Source: Anaerolineales bacterium
GTDB taxonomy: Bacteria; Chloroflexota; Anaerolineae; Anaerolineales; Villigracilaceae
NCBI GenBank assembly: GCA_034433295.1
Contig: DAOUAS010000019.1
Location: 3,713-67,712, forward strand
Direction of reading: 5' to 3'
Length of the DNA stretch: 64,000 nucleotides
Part shown: piece after piece, positions 1-8,402 of the stretch
Layout of the letters: each line of letters opens with the position of its first letter
How positions within the stretch are numbered: the stretch's first letter is position 1
Position numbers and translations under genes: made by a program
The notes under the pieces: generated by a model
Database searches by the model: none
What the model saw: the letters and a program-made list of their open reading frames with translations, nothing else
Told to the model about the DNA's origin: nothing

Positions 1-305
1 CGCGCCCGGAGCCTGTCACGGTGGGTAACGCCTTCCTCGACAAGATTGGCGAGTGGACACATTACCTGATCTACATTTTCGCCATTCTCATGTCATTGAC
101 GGGAATCATGCTTTCGGTGACATATAAACTTGCTCCTGTGGTCTTTGGCGGAGAGGGAAGCCTGCCCAGGGATTTAAGCCCCATGCTGCACGGGCTGATC
201 GACCCCATTCTGGCGTTGCTCATCCTTTTACACATCCTCGCGGCGCTTTATCATCAATTCGTCCGCAAGGATAATTTGCTGGCACGCATGTGGTACGGAA
301 AATAA
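1..305 (+). CDS. cytochrome b561-family membrane protein, C-terminal part (5' end lies outside the window)
   Basis: The reading frame is open to the window edge. It shows hydrophobic helices and the C-terminal motif HILAALYHQFVRKDNLLARM, typical of CybB-type b561 proteins. Confidence 0.55.
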   Translation, partial: RPEPVTVGNAFLDKIGEWTHYLIYIFAILMSLTGIMLSVTYKLAPVVFGGEGSLPRDLSPMLHGLIDPILALLILLHILAALYHQFVRKDNLLARMWYGK

Positions 306-334
306 CCACAGATGTGTCTGCTGGATTTACAGAT

Positions 335-1249
335 ATGTCTACAAAAACAAACACATTATCTCAAACTGAATTTTCCATTCACCCTGCCACGTTGATTGGT
401 CACGTTTCATTGACTGTTGCCAACCTGGAAAATCAAATCCTTTTTTACCGCCAGGCGCTGGGATTCAAACTCCACTGGCGTGAAGGAAACAAGGCGGGGC
501 TTGGCGCTGGCGGCGCGGATTCGCTCCGCCTGACCGAAGAACCGAACCTCAAGAAATATCGCGGCGTGACGGGACTCTATCACTTTGCAGTGTTGTTTCC
601 CAACCGCCGTGAACTGGCGCGGGCGGTGGCGCGTCTGTCCGCGTTGAAAGTCCGCAACTACCCAACCGACCACATCATGACCAAGACCACCTACCTCGAC
701 GACCCCGAAGGTAACGGCATCGAATTGTATTGCGAGTCGCCTGAAGATGGTTCTTGGACGTTGAAGGATGGAAAATACGAGACTCGCCGCGCCGATGGCT
801 CCTGGAGCGACGGACGCGAGCCGCTCGACGTGAAAGCCTTGTTCAGCCACCTGACAGCGGATGACCGTCTTGATGAGCCTGCTCCATCCGAAACCCGCGT
901 GGGACATGTCCACTTGCACGTCCGCAATGTGCAGGAAGCCGTGGATTTCTATCATGGCATCCTCGGTTTCGACTCAATGGGAGTCGCGCCCGAATTCCAG
1001 ATGGGATTCGTTTCCGCGGGCGGATACCACCATCACATCGGGCTGAACACCTGGCAGGGTGTGGACGCTCCGCCTCCTCCCGCCGACGCGGTGGGATTGC
1101 GTCACTTCACCGTTGACATTCCCAATCAACAGGCGTTGGACGATGTTGTGACTCGAGTCACTAAAGCAGGCATCCCATTCAACCAGACCGACGAAGGGCT
1201 TTTGCTGTACGACCCATCCCAAAACGGGGTGGTATTGAGAACGGTCTAA
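335..1249 (+). CDS. VOC-family protein with two glyoxalase/extradiol-dioxygenase-like domains
   Basis: Two repeated VOC modules are present (IGHVSLTVANLENQILFYRQALGF... and VGHVHLHVRNVQEAVDFYHGILGF...). The track ORF starts at 290; ATG 335 avoids overlap with the upstream gene. Confidence 0.8.
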   Translation: MSTKTNTLSQTEFSIHPATLIGHVSLTVANLENQILFYRQALGFKLHWREGNKAGLGAGGADSLRLTEEPNLKKYRGVTGLYHFAVLFPNRRELARAVARLSALKVRNYPTDHIMTKTTYLDDPEGNGIELYCESPEDGSWTLKDGKYETRRADGSWSDGREPLDVKALFSHLTADDRLDEPAPSETRVGHVHLHVRNVQEAVDFYHGILGFDSMGVAPEFQMGFVSAGGYHHHIGLNTWQGVDAPPPPADAVGLRHFTVDIPNQQALDDVVTRVTKAGIPFNQTDEGLLLYDPSQNGVVLRTV

Positions 1250-1252
1250 ACC

Positions 1253-1287
1253 AAAAACGTCTCGCAACAAGCGGGACGTTTTTATTT
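1253..1287 (+). terminator. rho-independent terminator candidate after the VOC gene
   Basis: Hairpin aaaaacgtctcgc / gcgggacgttttt (one G-T pair) followed by a T-run, 4 nt after the stop codon. Confidence 0.6.
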
Positions 1288-1366
1288 GTGGGGATGGCGT
1301 TATAATTCCAATCGAAAACCGTGGTCTCGGTACGTCCTCGAAAAGCATTCGGACTACTCGACCACC

Positions 1367-1399
1367 AATCCAAAATCGGAAATCCAAAATCGGAAATCT
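1367..1399. repeat. 14-bp direct tandem repeat (aatccaaaatcgga x2.3) abutting the surE start codon
   Basis: Read directly: aatccaaaatcgga aatccaaaatcgga aatct, then a, then ATG at 1401. Confidence 0.8.
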
Positions 1400-1400
1400 A

Positions 1401-2174
1401 ATGAAACCCATGCATATCCTAGTCACCAACGATGACGGCGTACAAGCGCCCGGACTTCTCGCTCTTGCGCAGGAGATGCGCAAACTCGGCAAAGTGACCG
1501 TCTTTGCGCCAGACAAAAACTGGTCCGCTTCGGGACATGTCAAAACGATGGATCGTCCCTTGCGCGTGCGCGAAACCCTGCTCGTGGACGGCACTCCCGC
1601 CTTCATGTCTGACGGCGCACCGTCAGATTGTGTCGCCCTGCCCCTGCTTGGTCTGATCGAAGGGAAGATCGATCTTGTCGTTTCGGGCATCAACCCCAAC
1701 GCCAACGTCGGGCATGACGTGACCTACTCTGGCACGGTCACCGCCGCGATGGAAGCCGTGATTGCAGGCGTGAAGGGCATCGCCGTCTCGCTCGATTCCC
1801 CCGAAAGCTTCAAAGGCAAACTCGATTATTCCACCGCCGCAATTGTGGCCCGCAAAGTTGCGAAGAAGATCATAAAGGACGGATTGCCCGAAGGTGTGGT
1901 CATCAACCTCAACGTGCCTTATCTCGAGGAAAAACAAATCAAGGGATACATGATCACCCGTCAGGGACTCCGCGTCTACCGCGATGCGCTCGACGAGCGG
2001 GTCGATCCGCGCGGCAAACCTTACTACTGGATTGGCGGCGAAGCTCCCACAGGCGTGGATGAGCCCGGCACCGACTTCGGCGCCCTCCGCGCTGGCTACG
2101 TCTCCATCACCCCGCTGGAGTTGGACCTGACCCACTACAAGGCGATGGATGTTTTGAAGAAGTGGAAGTTTTAG
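1401..2174 (+). CDS. surE: 5'/3'-nucleotidase SurE
   Basis: The N-terminus MKPMHILVTNDDGVQAPGL and the motif GINPNANVGHDVTYSGTVTAAMEA are classic SurE signatures. Confidence 0.93.
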   Translation: MKPMHILVTNDDGVQAPGLLALAQEMRKLGKVTVFAPDKNWSASGHVKTMDRPLRVRETLLVDGTPAFMSDGAPSDCVALPLLGLIEGKIDLVVSGINPNANVGHDVTYSGTVTAAMEAVIAGVKGIAVSLDSPESFKGKLDYSTAAIVARKVAKKIIKDGLPEGVVINLNVPYLEEKQIKGYMITRQGLRVYRDALDERVDPRGKPYYWIGGEAPTGVDEPGTDFGALRAGYVSITPLELDLTHYKAMDVLKKWKF

Positions 2175-2242
2175 CACAAGTCTGGAATCCATCAGCTCAC
2201 CTGCCCTGTGGGTGCTGATGGCTGTACAAGGAGACCTAAACC

Positions 2243-2524
2243 ATGAACCTCCTCCAAAAACTCTTCGGTGGGTCCGCCAAGCCGACGCAACGCTATTACA
2301 CCTTCTCCGTCAAATGTAACCGCTGCGGAGAAGTCATCGAAGGGCGTGTGGACTTGAACAATGATCTCAGCGTTGAATATGAAGGAGGTGGTGACATCTT
2401 TTACGCCCGCAAAGTCTTGATGGGCGAGAACCGCTGCTTCCAGCGCATCGAAGCCGAATTGAAATTCAATGCCAATCGTGACCTGCTTGAGCAACACGTC
2501 ATAGGCGGACAGTTCGTCTCATAA
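2243..2524 (+). CDS. small hypothetical protein
   Basis: 93-aa ORF with a CNRCG motif, sited in the intergenic slot after surE. I recognise no family. Confidence 0.5.
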   Translation: MNLLQKLFGGSAKPTQRYYTFSVKCNRCGEVIEGRVDLNNDLSVEYEGGGDIFYARKVLMGENRCFQRIEAELKFNANRDLLEQHVIGGQFVS

Positions 2525-2569
2525 AGAATTCGTGCCTCTTAGTGTCCTTCATGGAAAAAAGGAAACACC

Positions 2570-3256
2570 ATGAAACGCCTTGCTTTCCTCCTCATCGTTT
2601 CTTCATCGGTTCTCGCGGCTTGCCTTCCCAAATTCGTTGACCGAAGTCCCTCGCAAGGCGCAGAGCCAGCCCCCACCCTTCAACCTGTGGAAAAAGTTCT
2701 TTCCTCGTTCATTCCCGTCAAGGGCACAGACTACCTGATGGCAGGGATTGTTTCCAATCCTGGTGACCGCGAGAGCAGCTTCAATCCGCTGGATTGGATC
2801 AACAGCAGTGGCTATTCGTCCTACTCGTCCAACACCTACAACTACGTTTTCTTCAACCTGGCGACGGAACAGTATCACCGCCTGCTGCCTTCAAATGAAT
2901 ATGCCATTTTCCAGACTTCTGGATTCCCGACGCTGCAATATGACCCAGATAATCCCGACCAACCTGACCCAACGGTCGAATGGTGGGTGTACAGCGTCAT
3001 CAAAAAGGACACGAATGGCAGCGGGTATCTCGATTACAAGGATGACCTGACCATTGGTCTCTCCGATGTTGGCGGCAACGGATACACGGAACTCATCGAA
3101 AATATAGACTCAGTCCTCAGCCAGGTTTACAAGGATAGCTCCGCGCTGTTCATCATCTACAGCGCCGACGAGAAGAATTACATCGCCAAGATCAACCCAA
3201 CCACGCGTGAGGTTCTCTCCACAACCGAAATGGACCTCGGTAGAGATGTGAAATAA
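2570..3256 (+). CDS. hypothetical lipoprotein
   Basis: Signal peptide with a lipobox-like LAAC. An SD-like aaggaaa lies upstream. Confidence 0.6.
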   Translation: MKRLAFLLIVSSSVLAACLPKFVDRSPSQGAEPAPTLQPVEKVLSSFIPVKGTDYLMAGIVSNPGDRESSFNPLDWINSSGYSSYSSNTYNYVFFNLATEQYHRLLPSNEYAIFQTSGFPTLQYDPDNPDQPDPTVEWWVYSVIKKDTNGSGYLDYKDDLTIGLSDVGGNGYTELIENIDSVLSQVYKDSSALFIIYSADEKNYIAKINPTTREVLSTTEMDLGRDVK

Positions 3257-3262
3257 AACTTC

Positions 3263-4720
3263 ATGCGCCGCCTCACGAATATCCTGCTCATCCTTCTCGC
3301 TGCATACCTCGTCACGCAGGCGGTTTATTCCACGCGCTGGCAGATTGCCCATGACGAAGCGCCGCTCCTCTACGAAGCCTTCCTCATGCAAAGCGGGCAA
3401 ATGCCCTACCGCGACCTCTTCGACTTTCAAATGCCAGGCAGTTTCATTGCCTATTTTGCGCTTGGCTCCCTGAGCGGCTTTAACGCCTTCCGCCTTCGCC
3501 TCCTCGACCTGCTCATCCTCGCCGCGATTCTCACCGTCACCTACTTTGCGCTCAAACGCCTTGGTAAAGCGCCCGCCCTCGCCGCCGCACTTCTCTTCGG
3601 TCTGAAATACCTGCAAGGCGGACCGAGCATGTCGCTCCAGCGCGAATACCTCCTGCTGGTCTTCCTTGCGCCCGCCCTTTATATTTCTCTTTTGGATGAA
3701 ATGACTCCCAGGCTTCGGTTGACGCTGGGAGTTTTGTTCGGTTTATCGGCTTTGATCAAACCCCATGCCGCCATCGGACTCCTCCCCATGCTGGCAGCCG
3801 ACCTATGGGCTTTTGTTAAACGCCCCAACCTGACTCTGCTTCCCACCGCCGTCGGTTTTCTCATCCCCATCGCCGCCGTCTTTGCCTGGCTTGGGTTTAT
3901 AGGGGCATTGACTCCTTTCCTAAACATTGCCACAAACTACTGGGGACTCTATTCCCAAATCAACGGTCAAATGGAAATCACCTCAAGCGCAGAGCGTCTC
4001 TCTCTCCTGCTGACTCAAACCCTCCACCTCGGTGGACATGCCCTCTGGCTCATCCCCGCCGCCATTGGCATTTATTTCAATCAAAACAAAAAGACCTGGC
4101 TTCTCGCGTCTCTTGCCTTTTGCTACGCCATCTACCCCGCCCTCTCTGGACAATTCTTCCCTTATCACTACATCCCCTTCACCTACTTCATCATCCTTCT
4201 GGCTTCACTGACCTTCGACTTTCGACCTTCGACTTTTCCTTCTTTCATCCTTCATCTTTCATCCTTTATCCTTATTATTTCCCTCCTTCTTCCATCTCAA
4301 ACTTTTATTCGCCAACTCCAAGGTAGACCCATCTCCACCTCCACCGATCGCGCCGTGGAAATTACAAACTTCCTCGAAAGGAAATTAAAAGGCGGAGATA
4401 CCGTCCAACCGCTCGACTGGACGGGCGGCTCTCTGCTCGCCATGCTCGAAACCCGCGCCCGCATCGCTACCCCCTACGTCTTTGATTTCTATTTCTATCA
4501 CCACGTCTCCAACTCCTACATCCAGTCCCTCCGCGTCGACTTCATGAACGACTTGCAAGCCGCCAATCCACGTTTCATCATCGAAGTCACAGCAATAGAC
4601 AAGCCTTGGGTCGCGGGTCTCGATACCTCGCGCGAATTCCCCGAACTTCGCGCATATCTCGAAGAGAACTATTTTGTTGCCATTGATAAAGACGATTATG
4701 TGATTTATGAACGCGAATAA
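3263..4720 (+). CDS. polytopic membrane protein, GT-C (family 39/83-like) glycosyltransferase candidate
   Basis: More than 10 hydrophobic segments, with an early loop motif AHDEAPLLY...PYRDLFDFQMPG resembling the DE loop of ArnT/PMT-type enzymes. It also carries an in-frame low-complexity repeat at 4210-4272. Confidence 0.55.
   Translation: MRRLTNILLILLAAYLVTQAVYSTRWQIAHDEAPLLYEAFLMQSGQMPYRDLFDFQMPGSFIAYFALGSLSGFNAFRLRLLDLLILAAILTVTYFALKRLGKAPALAAALLFGLKYLQGGPSMSLQREYLLLVFLAPALYISLLDEMTPRLRLTLGVLFGLSALIKPHAAIGLLPMLAADLWAFVKRPNLTLLPTAVGFLIPIAAVFAWLGFIGALTPFLNIATNYWGLYSQINGQMEITSSAERLSLLLTQTLHLGGHALWLIPAAIGIYFNQNKKTWLLASLAFCYAIYPALSGQFFPYHYIPFTYFIILLASLTFDFRPSTFPSFILHLSSFILIISLLLPSQTFIRQLQGRPISTSTDRAVEITNFLERKLKGGDTVQPLDWTGGSLLAMLETRARIATPYVFDFYFYHHVSNSYIQSLRVDFMNDLQAANPRFIIEVTAIDKPWVAGLDTSREFPELRAYLEENYFVAIDKDDYVIYERE
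4210..4272. repeat. low-complexity repeat inside a CDS (gaccttcgactttt x2, then ttcatcc-type repeats)
   Basis: Sequence gaccttcgactttcgaccttcgacttttccttctttcatccttcatctttcatcctttatcc, translated in frame as LTFDFRPSTFPSFILHLSSFIL. Related motifs occur at 9564-9595, 17243-17298 and 20920-20952. Confidence 0.75.
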
Positions 4721-6257
4721 AATTCTACACCGCATCACGATTTTTTATCTGGCACTCCCATTCATTCTCTTCTGCGTGGGTTGGCTGAGACTGTCCATCG
4801 CCATCCCAATCGCCGCCCTCATCCTCTGGATGATCTGGAAATTTTTTACCCAATCCCCTATTTCCTATTCACCATTCCCTACTCCCCAATCTACCTTTTA
4901 CTTATTACTCGTTTCTGGCGCTTGGCTCCTCCTTTCAGGCATTGGCGGCTACACCTTTCAAAACTGGGATCATCACTGGCGTAACGCCGTCCTGCGTGAC
5001 CTCATCACCTACGACTTCCCTGTCATTTACTCATCTCCCGAAAAGGGACCGATCCAGATGCTGGTCTATTATGTGGGATATTTTCTCCCCGCCGCGTGGA
5101 TTGGAAAACTCCTCGGCTGGCAGGTGGCAAACTTCGCGCTCTTCCTGTGGACATGGCTCGGCGTCCTCCTCGTTACTCTTCAACTCGGCAACGCTCTGAA
5201 GACTTCACCTGTAAAACTGGCGCTTCTCCTCATCCTCTTCAGCGGACTAGACTCCCTTGGCGCGTTGCTCTTTGCCAGCGATTACCCAACCCTCTTCCCG
5301 CCCATCCAGCATCTCGAAATCTGGAGCGGAAACCTGCAATACTCGTCCTTCACCACCCAACTATTCTGGACCTTCAACCAAGCCGTCCCCGCGTGGTTGT
5401 GCATTGCCTTCCTTGCCGATGAATCACCTGCACTTGCGCCGCGCGCAAGTGCAGGTGTTACCAATTACCAATCCACTAATTTACCAATTTCTCCTATTCA
5501 CTATAAACTATTCGTCTATTCCCTCTGCCTCTTCTTCGCCCCCCTCGCCGCCATTGGACTTTTCCCTTACCTCGTCATCGAACTCACCCGGCATATCGAC
5601 TTCAAATCCCCGTTCAAAAACCTTCGCCTTGACGTTCTTCTTGCCAGTGGAATCGTCGTCCTCGTTTCGTTTCTTTACTTCTCGTCCAACACCGCCGCCC
5701 AGGAGCGCGGATTTCAATCCATCGCGCTGAAAGACTTCCTCGCCTTTTTCCTGCTCGAAGGCGGACTCCTTTGGCTGTTAGTGGCTCCGCTCAAGTGGCG
5801 TGACCGGCGCTGGGCGGTGACAGGGTTACTGCTCTCCGTCATCCCCTTCATCCAACTCGGCAGCGGACGTGACTTTGTGATGCGCGCCTCCATCGCCCCG
5901 CTTTTCTATCTTATGGTAATGATGGGTGAAATTATTTTTGATAAAACATCGCCGCGCCTATTACGTGTTACGTGTTACGTGTTACTTTTCATCGGCGCAT
6001 TGACTCCGCTCTACGAAATCAACCGCTCGGTCTATCGTACAGTTCAATACTATTCGCTGGAATCAGGTCAGCGGGCGCAACCAACTTCGGGCATGGTAAC
6101 ACATCTCGAACAGCCTGGCGTCCCAGAGGGTGAACATCCCAACGCCCTCGTCGCGGACGACATCCGCACCCTGAAATTTATGAATGACAAACTCTCGAAG
6201 AATTTCATTGCCAATGTCAGGCGGTCGTTTTATTATCTGTATCTCGCGCCGCGTTAG
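4707..6257 (+). CDS. polytopic membrane protein, unknown function
   Basis: 516-aa ORF with many hydrophobic helices. It overlaps the upstream membrane-protein gene by 14 nt and contains repeats at 5425-5495 and 5961-5985. Confidence 0.6.
   Translation: MNANKILHRITIFYLALPFILFCVGWLRLSIAIPIAALILWMIWKFFTQSPISYSPFPTPQSTFYLLLVSGAWLLLSGIGGYTFQNWDHHWRNAVLRDLITYDFPVIYSSPEKGPIQMLVYYVGYFLPAAWIGKLLGWQVANFALFLWTWLGVLLVTLQLGNALKTSPVKLALLLILFSGLDSLGALLFASDYPTLFPPIQHLEIWSGNLQYSSFTTQLFWTFNQAVPAWLCIAFLADESPALAPRASAGVTNYQSTNLPISPIHYKLFVYSLCLFFAPLAAIGLFPYLVIELTRHIDFKSPFKNLRLDVLLASGIVVLVSFLYFSSNTAAQERGFQSIALKDFLAFFLLEGGLLWLLVAPLKWRDRRWAVTGLLLSVIPFIQLGSGRDFVMRASIAPLFYLMVMMGEIIFDKTSPRLLRVTCYVLLFIGALTPLYEINRSVYRTVQYYSLESGQRAQPTSGMVTHLEQPGVPEGEHPNALVADDIRTLKFMNDKLSKNFIANVRRSFYYLYLAPR
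5425..5457. repeat. perfect 15-bp inverted repeat with a 3-nt loop, inside a CDS
   Basis: cacctgcacttgcgc cgc gcgcaagtgcaggtg, anchored by codons of track ORF 5257. A degenerate copy lies at 61049-61078. It is followed by ttaccaat-type direct repeats to about 5495. Confidence 0.85.
5961..5985. repeat. 7-bp tandem repeat (ttacgtg x3.5) inside a CDS
   Basis: ttacgtgttacgtgttacgtgttac, translated in frame as LLRVTCYVLL. Confidence 0.8.
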
Positions 6258-6268
6258 ACAACAACTCG

Positions 6269-6292
6269 TCCTTCGACTACGCTCAGGATGAA
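6269..6292. repeat. 24-bp dispersed repeat, copy 1 (tccttcgactacgctcaggatgaa)
   Basis: Matches 9540-9563 at 23 of 24 positions. Lies 12 nt after the stop of the 4707-6257 gene. Confidence 0.8.
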
Positions 6293-6364
6293 TTTCGCGC
6301 CCCCGAAAGAGCATCGGCACAATGTGAGCGCAGTCGAAGCGCAGTCAGACGAAAGGACAATCCC

Positions 6365-6751
6365 ATGCCCAGTTTTTCCTCCCCTCCAAATCTACAGGTA
6401 TTCAACCAGCAAGTTTGGGAAATTGCCCGCCGTATCCCGTGTGGAAAAGTCGTCACTTATGGGCAGATCGCAAAGATGATTCCCCCTCCAAATGGCGTTG
6501 AGATCGAAGCCTATGCCGCATTCGCCCCGCGTTGGGTGGGCGGCGCGATGGCAGCCTGTCCCGATGACGTGCCGTGGCAACGGGTCATCAACTCACAGGG
6601 CAAGGTCAGCGAACGGGCGGGGGCGCAGAAACAACGTCAATTGCTCGAAGGGGAGGGAGTCATTTTCGATGCCAAAGATCGCGTGGACTTAAAAAAATAC
6701 GGCTGGAGCGGAAAGGATGAAGACATCTCGCAACAGCCATCGCTTTTCTGA
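6365..6751 (+). CDS. alkyltransferase-like (ATL) / MGMT-family DNA-binding protein lacking the acceptor cysteine
   Basis: MGMT C-domain pattern VWEIARRIPCGKVVTYGQIA...VPWQRVINSQGKVS. The PCHRV cysteine position reads PWQRV. Confidence 0.8.
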   Translation: MPSFSSPPNLQVFNQQVWEIARRIPCGKVVTYGQIAKMIPPPNGVEIEAYAAFAPRWVGGAMAACPDDVPWQRVINSQGKVSERAGAQKQRQLLEGEGVIFDAKDRVDLKKYGWSGKDEDISQQPSLF

Positions 6752-6766
6752 CCGAGTTCATATTTA

Positions 6767-6794
6767 GACTCAAAAGTCAGGAGACTTTTGAGTC
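6767..6794. terminator. perfect 12-bp hairpin between convergent genes (possible bidirectional terminator)
   Basis: gactcaaaagtc agga gacttttgagtc, between the ATL stop (6751) and the holA stop (6830). The U-tracts are weak. Confidence 0.45.
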
Positions 6795-6829
6795 CAACGA
6801 CAGGACGCGAAGCGGTTGGACTCCATCGT

Positions 6830-7792
6830 CTATTTCGTCAGTTCAAAAATCAGGGTATCCAGAGCCAGGTCCAGCGTGACTTGGCTCGTTTTGACTCTCT
6901 CGTCGATTACCAGCAGGTGGCGGTAGATATTTTCCAGCGACTCCATCGTGAAGCGGCTTGCCTGTCCCGTGGTCTTTTCCGCCACGAAGGGATGAACGCC
7001 CAGTGCGCGCGCCACGTCGTCTTTGTTGCCGCGCCCGTCGAGAATTTCGCGCGCTTGAATCAGCAGGCGGAATTGCCGCACGACCATGCCCCACAGGGAG
7101 AATGCGTCTTCGTTTTCCAGCAGGCGGTGAAGCAGTTTTTGCGCGGCTTTGCCGTTGCCGAGTGAAAGCGCGTCCACGAAGTCGAAGGCGCTTTGTTGGG
7201 CAGTGACAATGCAGACCGCGTCCACATCCGAACCTTGCACGGAACGCGACCAGTTGACGTACGCCAGCAGTTTGGCGAGTTCCATGCCCGCCTGTCGCGT
7301 GTCCACGCCGACCATCTCGGCGAGTTTGGCGGCGGCGGCGGGTTCGATTTTCCCGTTTTGATTCTTTGCTTCGTTGACGATCCAGCCAGCCATATCGCGC
7401 TGTTTGGGGAGCATGAACGCTTGCGTTTTGACGAGATCGGTATTTTTCTCAGCCCATTTGATGAGCCAGTGCTTTGCCGTCTCTTTGGGTTCGATGAGTT
7501 CGTGAATCACCAGTTTGACCGTGTCTGGCGCTTTGCTGATGTACTCCTCGAATTTCTTGCGGACGGCGGGGTTATTGTATTTTGACGACGGGTTGGCAAG
7601 CGTCACCAGCCGCTTCGAGGCGAGGAAGGGCATGGCGTTGAGCGCGTTGTTGAATTCCTCATCGGTCATGCTGCGGGATTCAAAATGCGCGGTATTCATC
7701 CCCGCTGTGGTCGGGTCGCTGAACCCTGACTCGAAGTCCTTGAGTTTGCGGGTGATGGCAAATTCGTCGTTGCCGAAAAGAATGTAAATCAT
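6830..7792 (-). CDS. holA: DNA polymerase III delta subunit
   Basis: N-terminus MIYILFGNDEFAI plus a delta-subunit-like helical C-terminal domain. Start moved to 7792 because the track extension (to 7840) is encoded by a repeat element. Confidence 0.8.
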   Translation of the reverse strand: MIYILFGNDEFAITRKLKDFESGFSDPTTAGMNTAHFESRSMTDEEFNNALNAMPFLASKRLVTLANPSSKYNNPAVRKKFEEYISKAPDTVKLVIHELIEPKETAKHWLIKWAEKNTDLVKTQAFMLPKQRDMAGWIVNEAKNQNGKIEPAAAAKLAEMVGVDTRQAGMELAKLLAYVNWSRSVQGSDVDAVCIVTAQQSAFDFVDALSLGNGKAAQKLLHRLLENEDAFSLWGMVVRQFRLLIQAREILDGRGNKDDVARALGVHPFVAEKTTGQASRFTMESLENIYRHLLVIDERVKTSQVTLDLALDTLIFELTK

Positions 7793-7804
7793 AAGGATGA
7801 GTAT

Positions 7805-7888
7805 GTCATTGCGAGGAGGGTATTCTCCCTGACGAAGCAATCTCCGTAAGCAGGAGGTTGCTTCGTCGCTGCCGCTCCTCGCAACGAC
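7805..7888. repeat. nested-palindrome intergenic repeat, copy A (84 bp)
   Basis: Outer arms gtcattgcgagga / tcctcgcaacgac and inner arms gacgaagcaatctcc / ggaggttgcttcgtc. Same architecture as 19567-19650 and 60938-61050. Confidence 0.85.
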
Positions 7889-7894
7889 ATGAAT

Positions 7895-8380
7895 TTATTT
7901 CGTGATGACCTGATGCGCGCCCTTGCGGATTGGGATGATGTCCACGATTTGCTTGTGACCCATGAACGCTTCGGTGGTGACGTTTTCCTGGAGCCATGTC
8001 CCAAGCGGACGGGAGAGCAGCACGCCGACAATTGCAAATGCAACCGCAAACGGCACGAGCAGAATCTTCGTCTGTGTGGATTTGGCTCCTCGAAGCACCG
8101 ACCAGCTCAGGGTCGCGGAGAGCAGGAGGGTGGTTGCCAGATTGGTGCCACATCCCTTATGGATGGCGAGTCTGCTTTCGCCTTCGCGCAGTCGTTCCAG
8201 CGCTTCAGTTGCCGCCGCCCAAACGTCGGGTGTGGAAAAATCCCCAAGCAGGAAAAAACCAGTCGGGTTGGAATGTCCCGCCATGCGCCCTTTATGCGTT
8301 CGTGACAGCATGTGCAAGGTGGCGTGTTCGAGCGCGTGATTGCGCCGTGTTTCGAGAATGAAGGGAAGGTCGAGAATCAT
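7895..8380 (-). CDS. conserved hypothetical protein with a C-terminal hydrophobic segment
   Basis: 161-aa ORF (RRNHALEHATLHML..., KGCGTNLATT). I cannot name a family with confidence. Confidence 0.55.
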   Translation of the reverse strand: MILDLPFILETRRNHALEHATLHMLSRTHKGRMAGHSNPTGFFLLGDFSTPDVWAAATEALERLREGESRLAIHKGCGTNLATTLLLSATLSWSVLRGAKSTQTKILLVPFAVAFAIVGVLLSRPLGTWLQENVTTEAFMGHKQIVDIIPIRKGAHQVITK

Positions 8381-8402
8381 GGGTTGATTATACGTTAATT
8401 CA

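Noticed and set aside
4210-4272. Possible CRISPR array among the short repeats (also 5458-5495, 5961-5985 and 17243-17298)
   Set aside because: The units are 7-14 bp and directly abutting, with no unique spacers of regular length. There are no cas genes in the window.
7793-7840. N-terminal extensions of holA (to 7840) and of the TIR gene (9524-9595)
   Set aside because: Both extensions are encoded by dispersed repeat elements. Internal ATGs (7792, 9596) give N-termini typical of the families.
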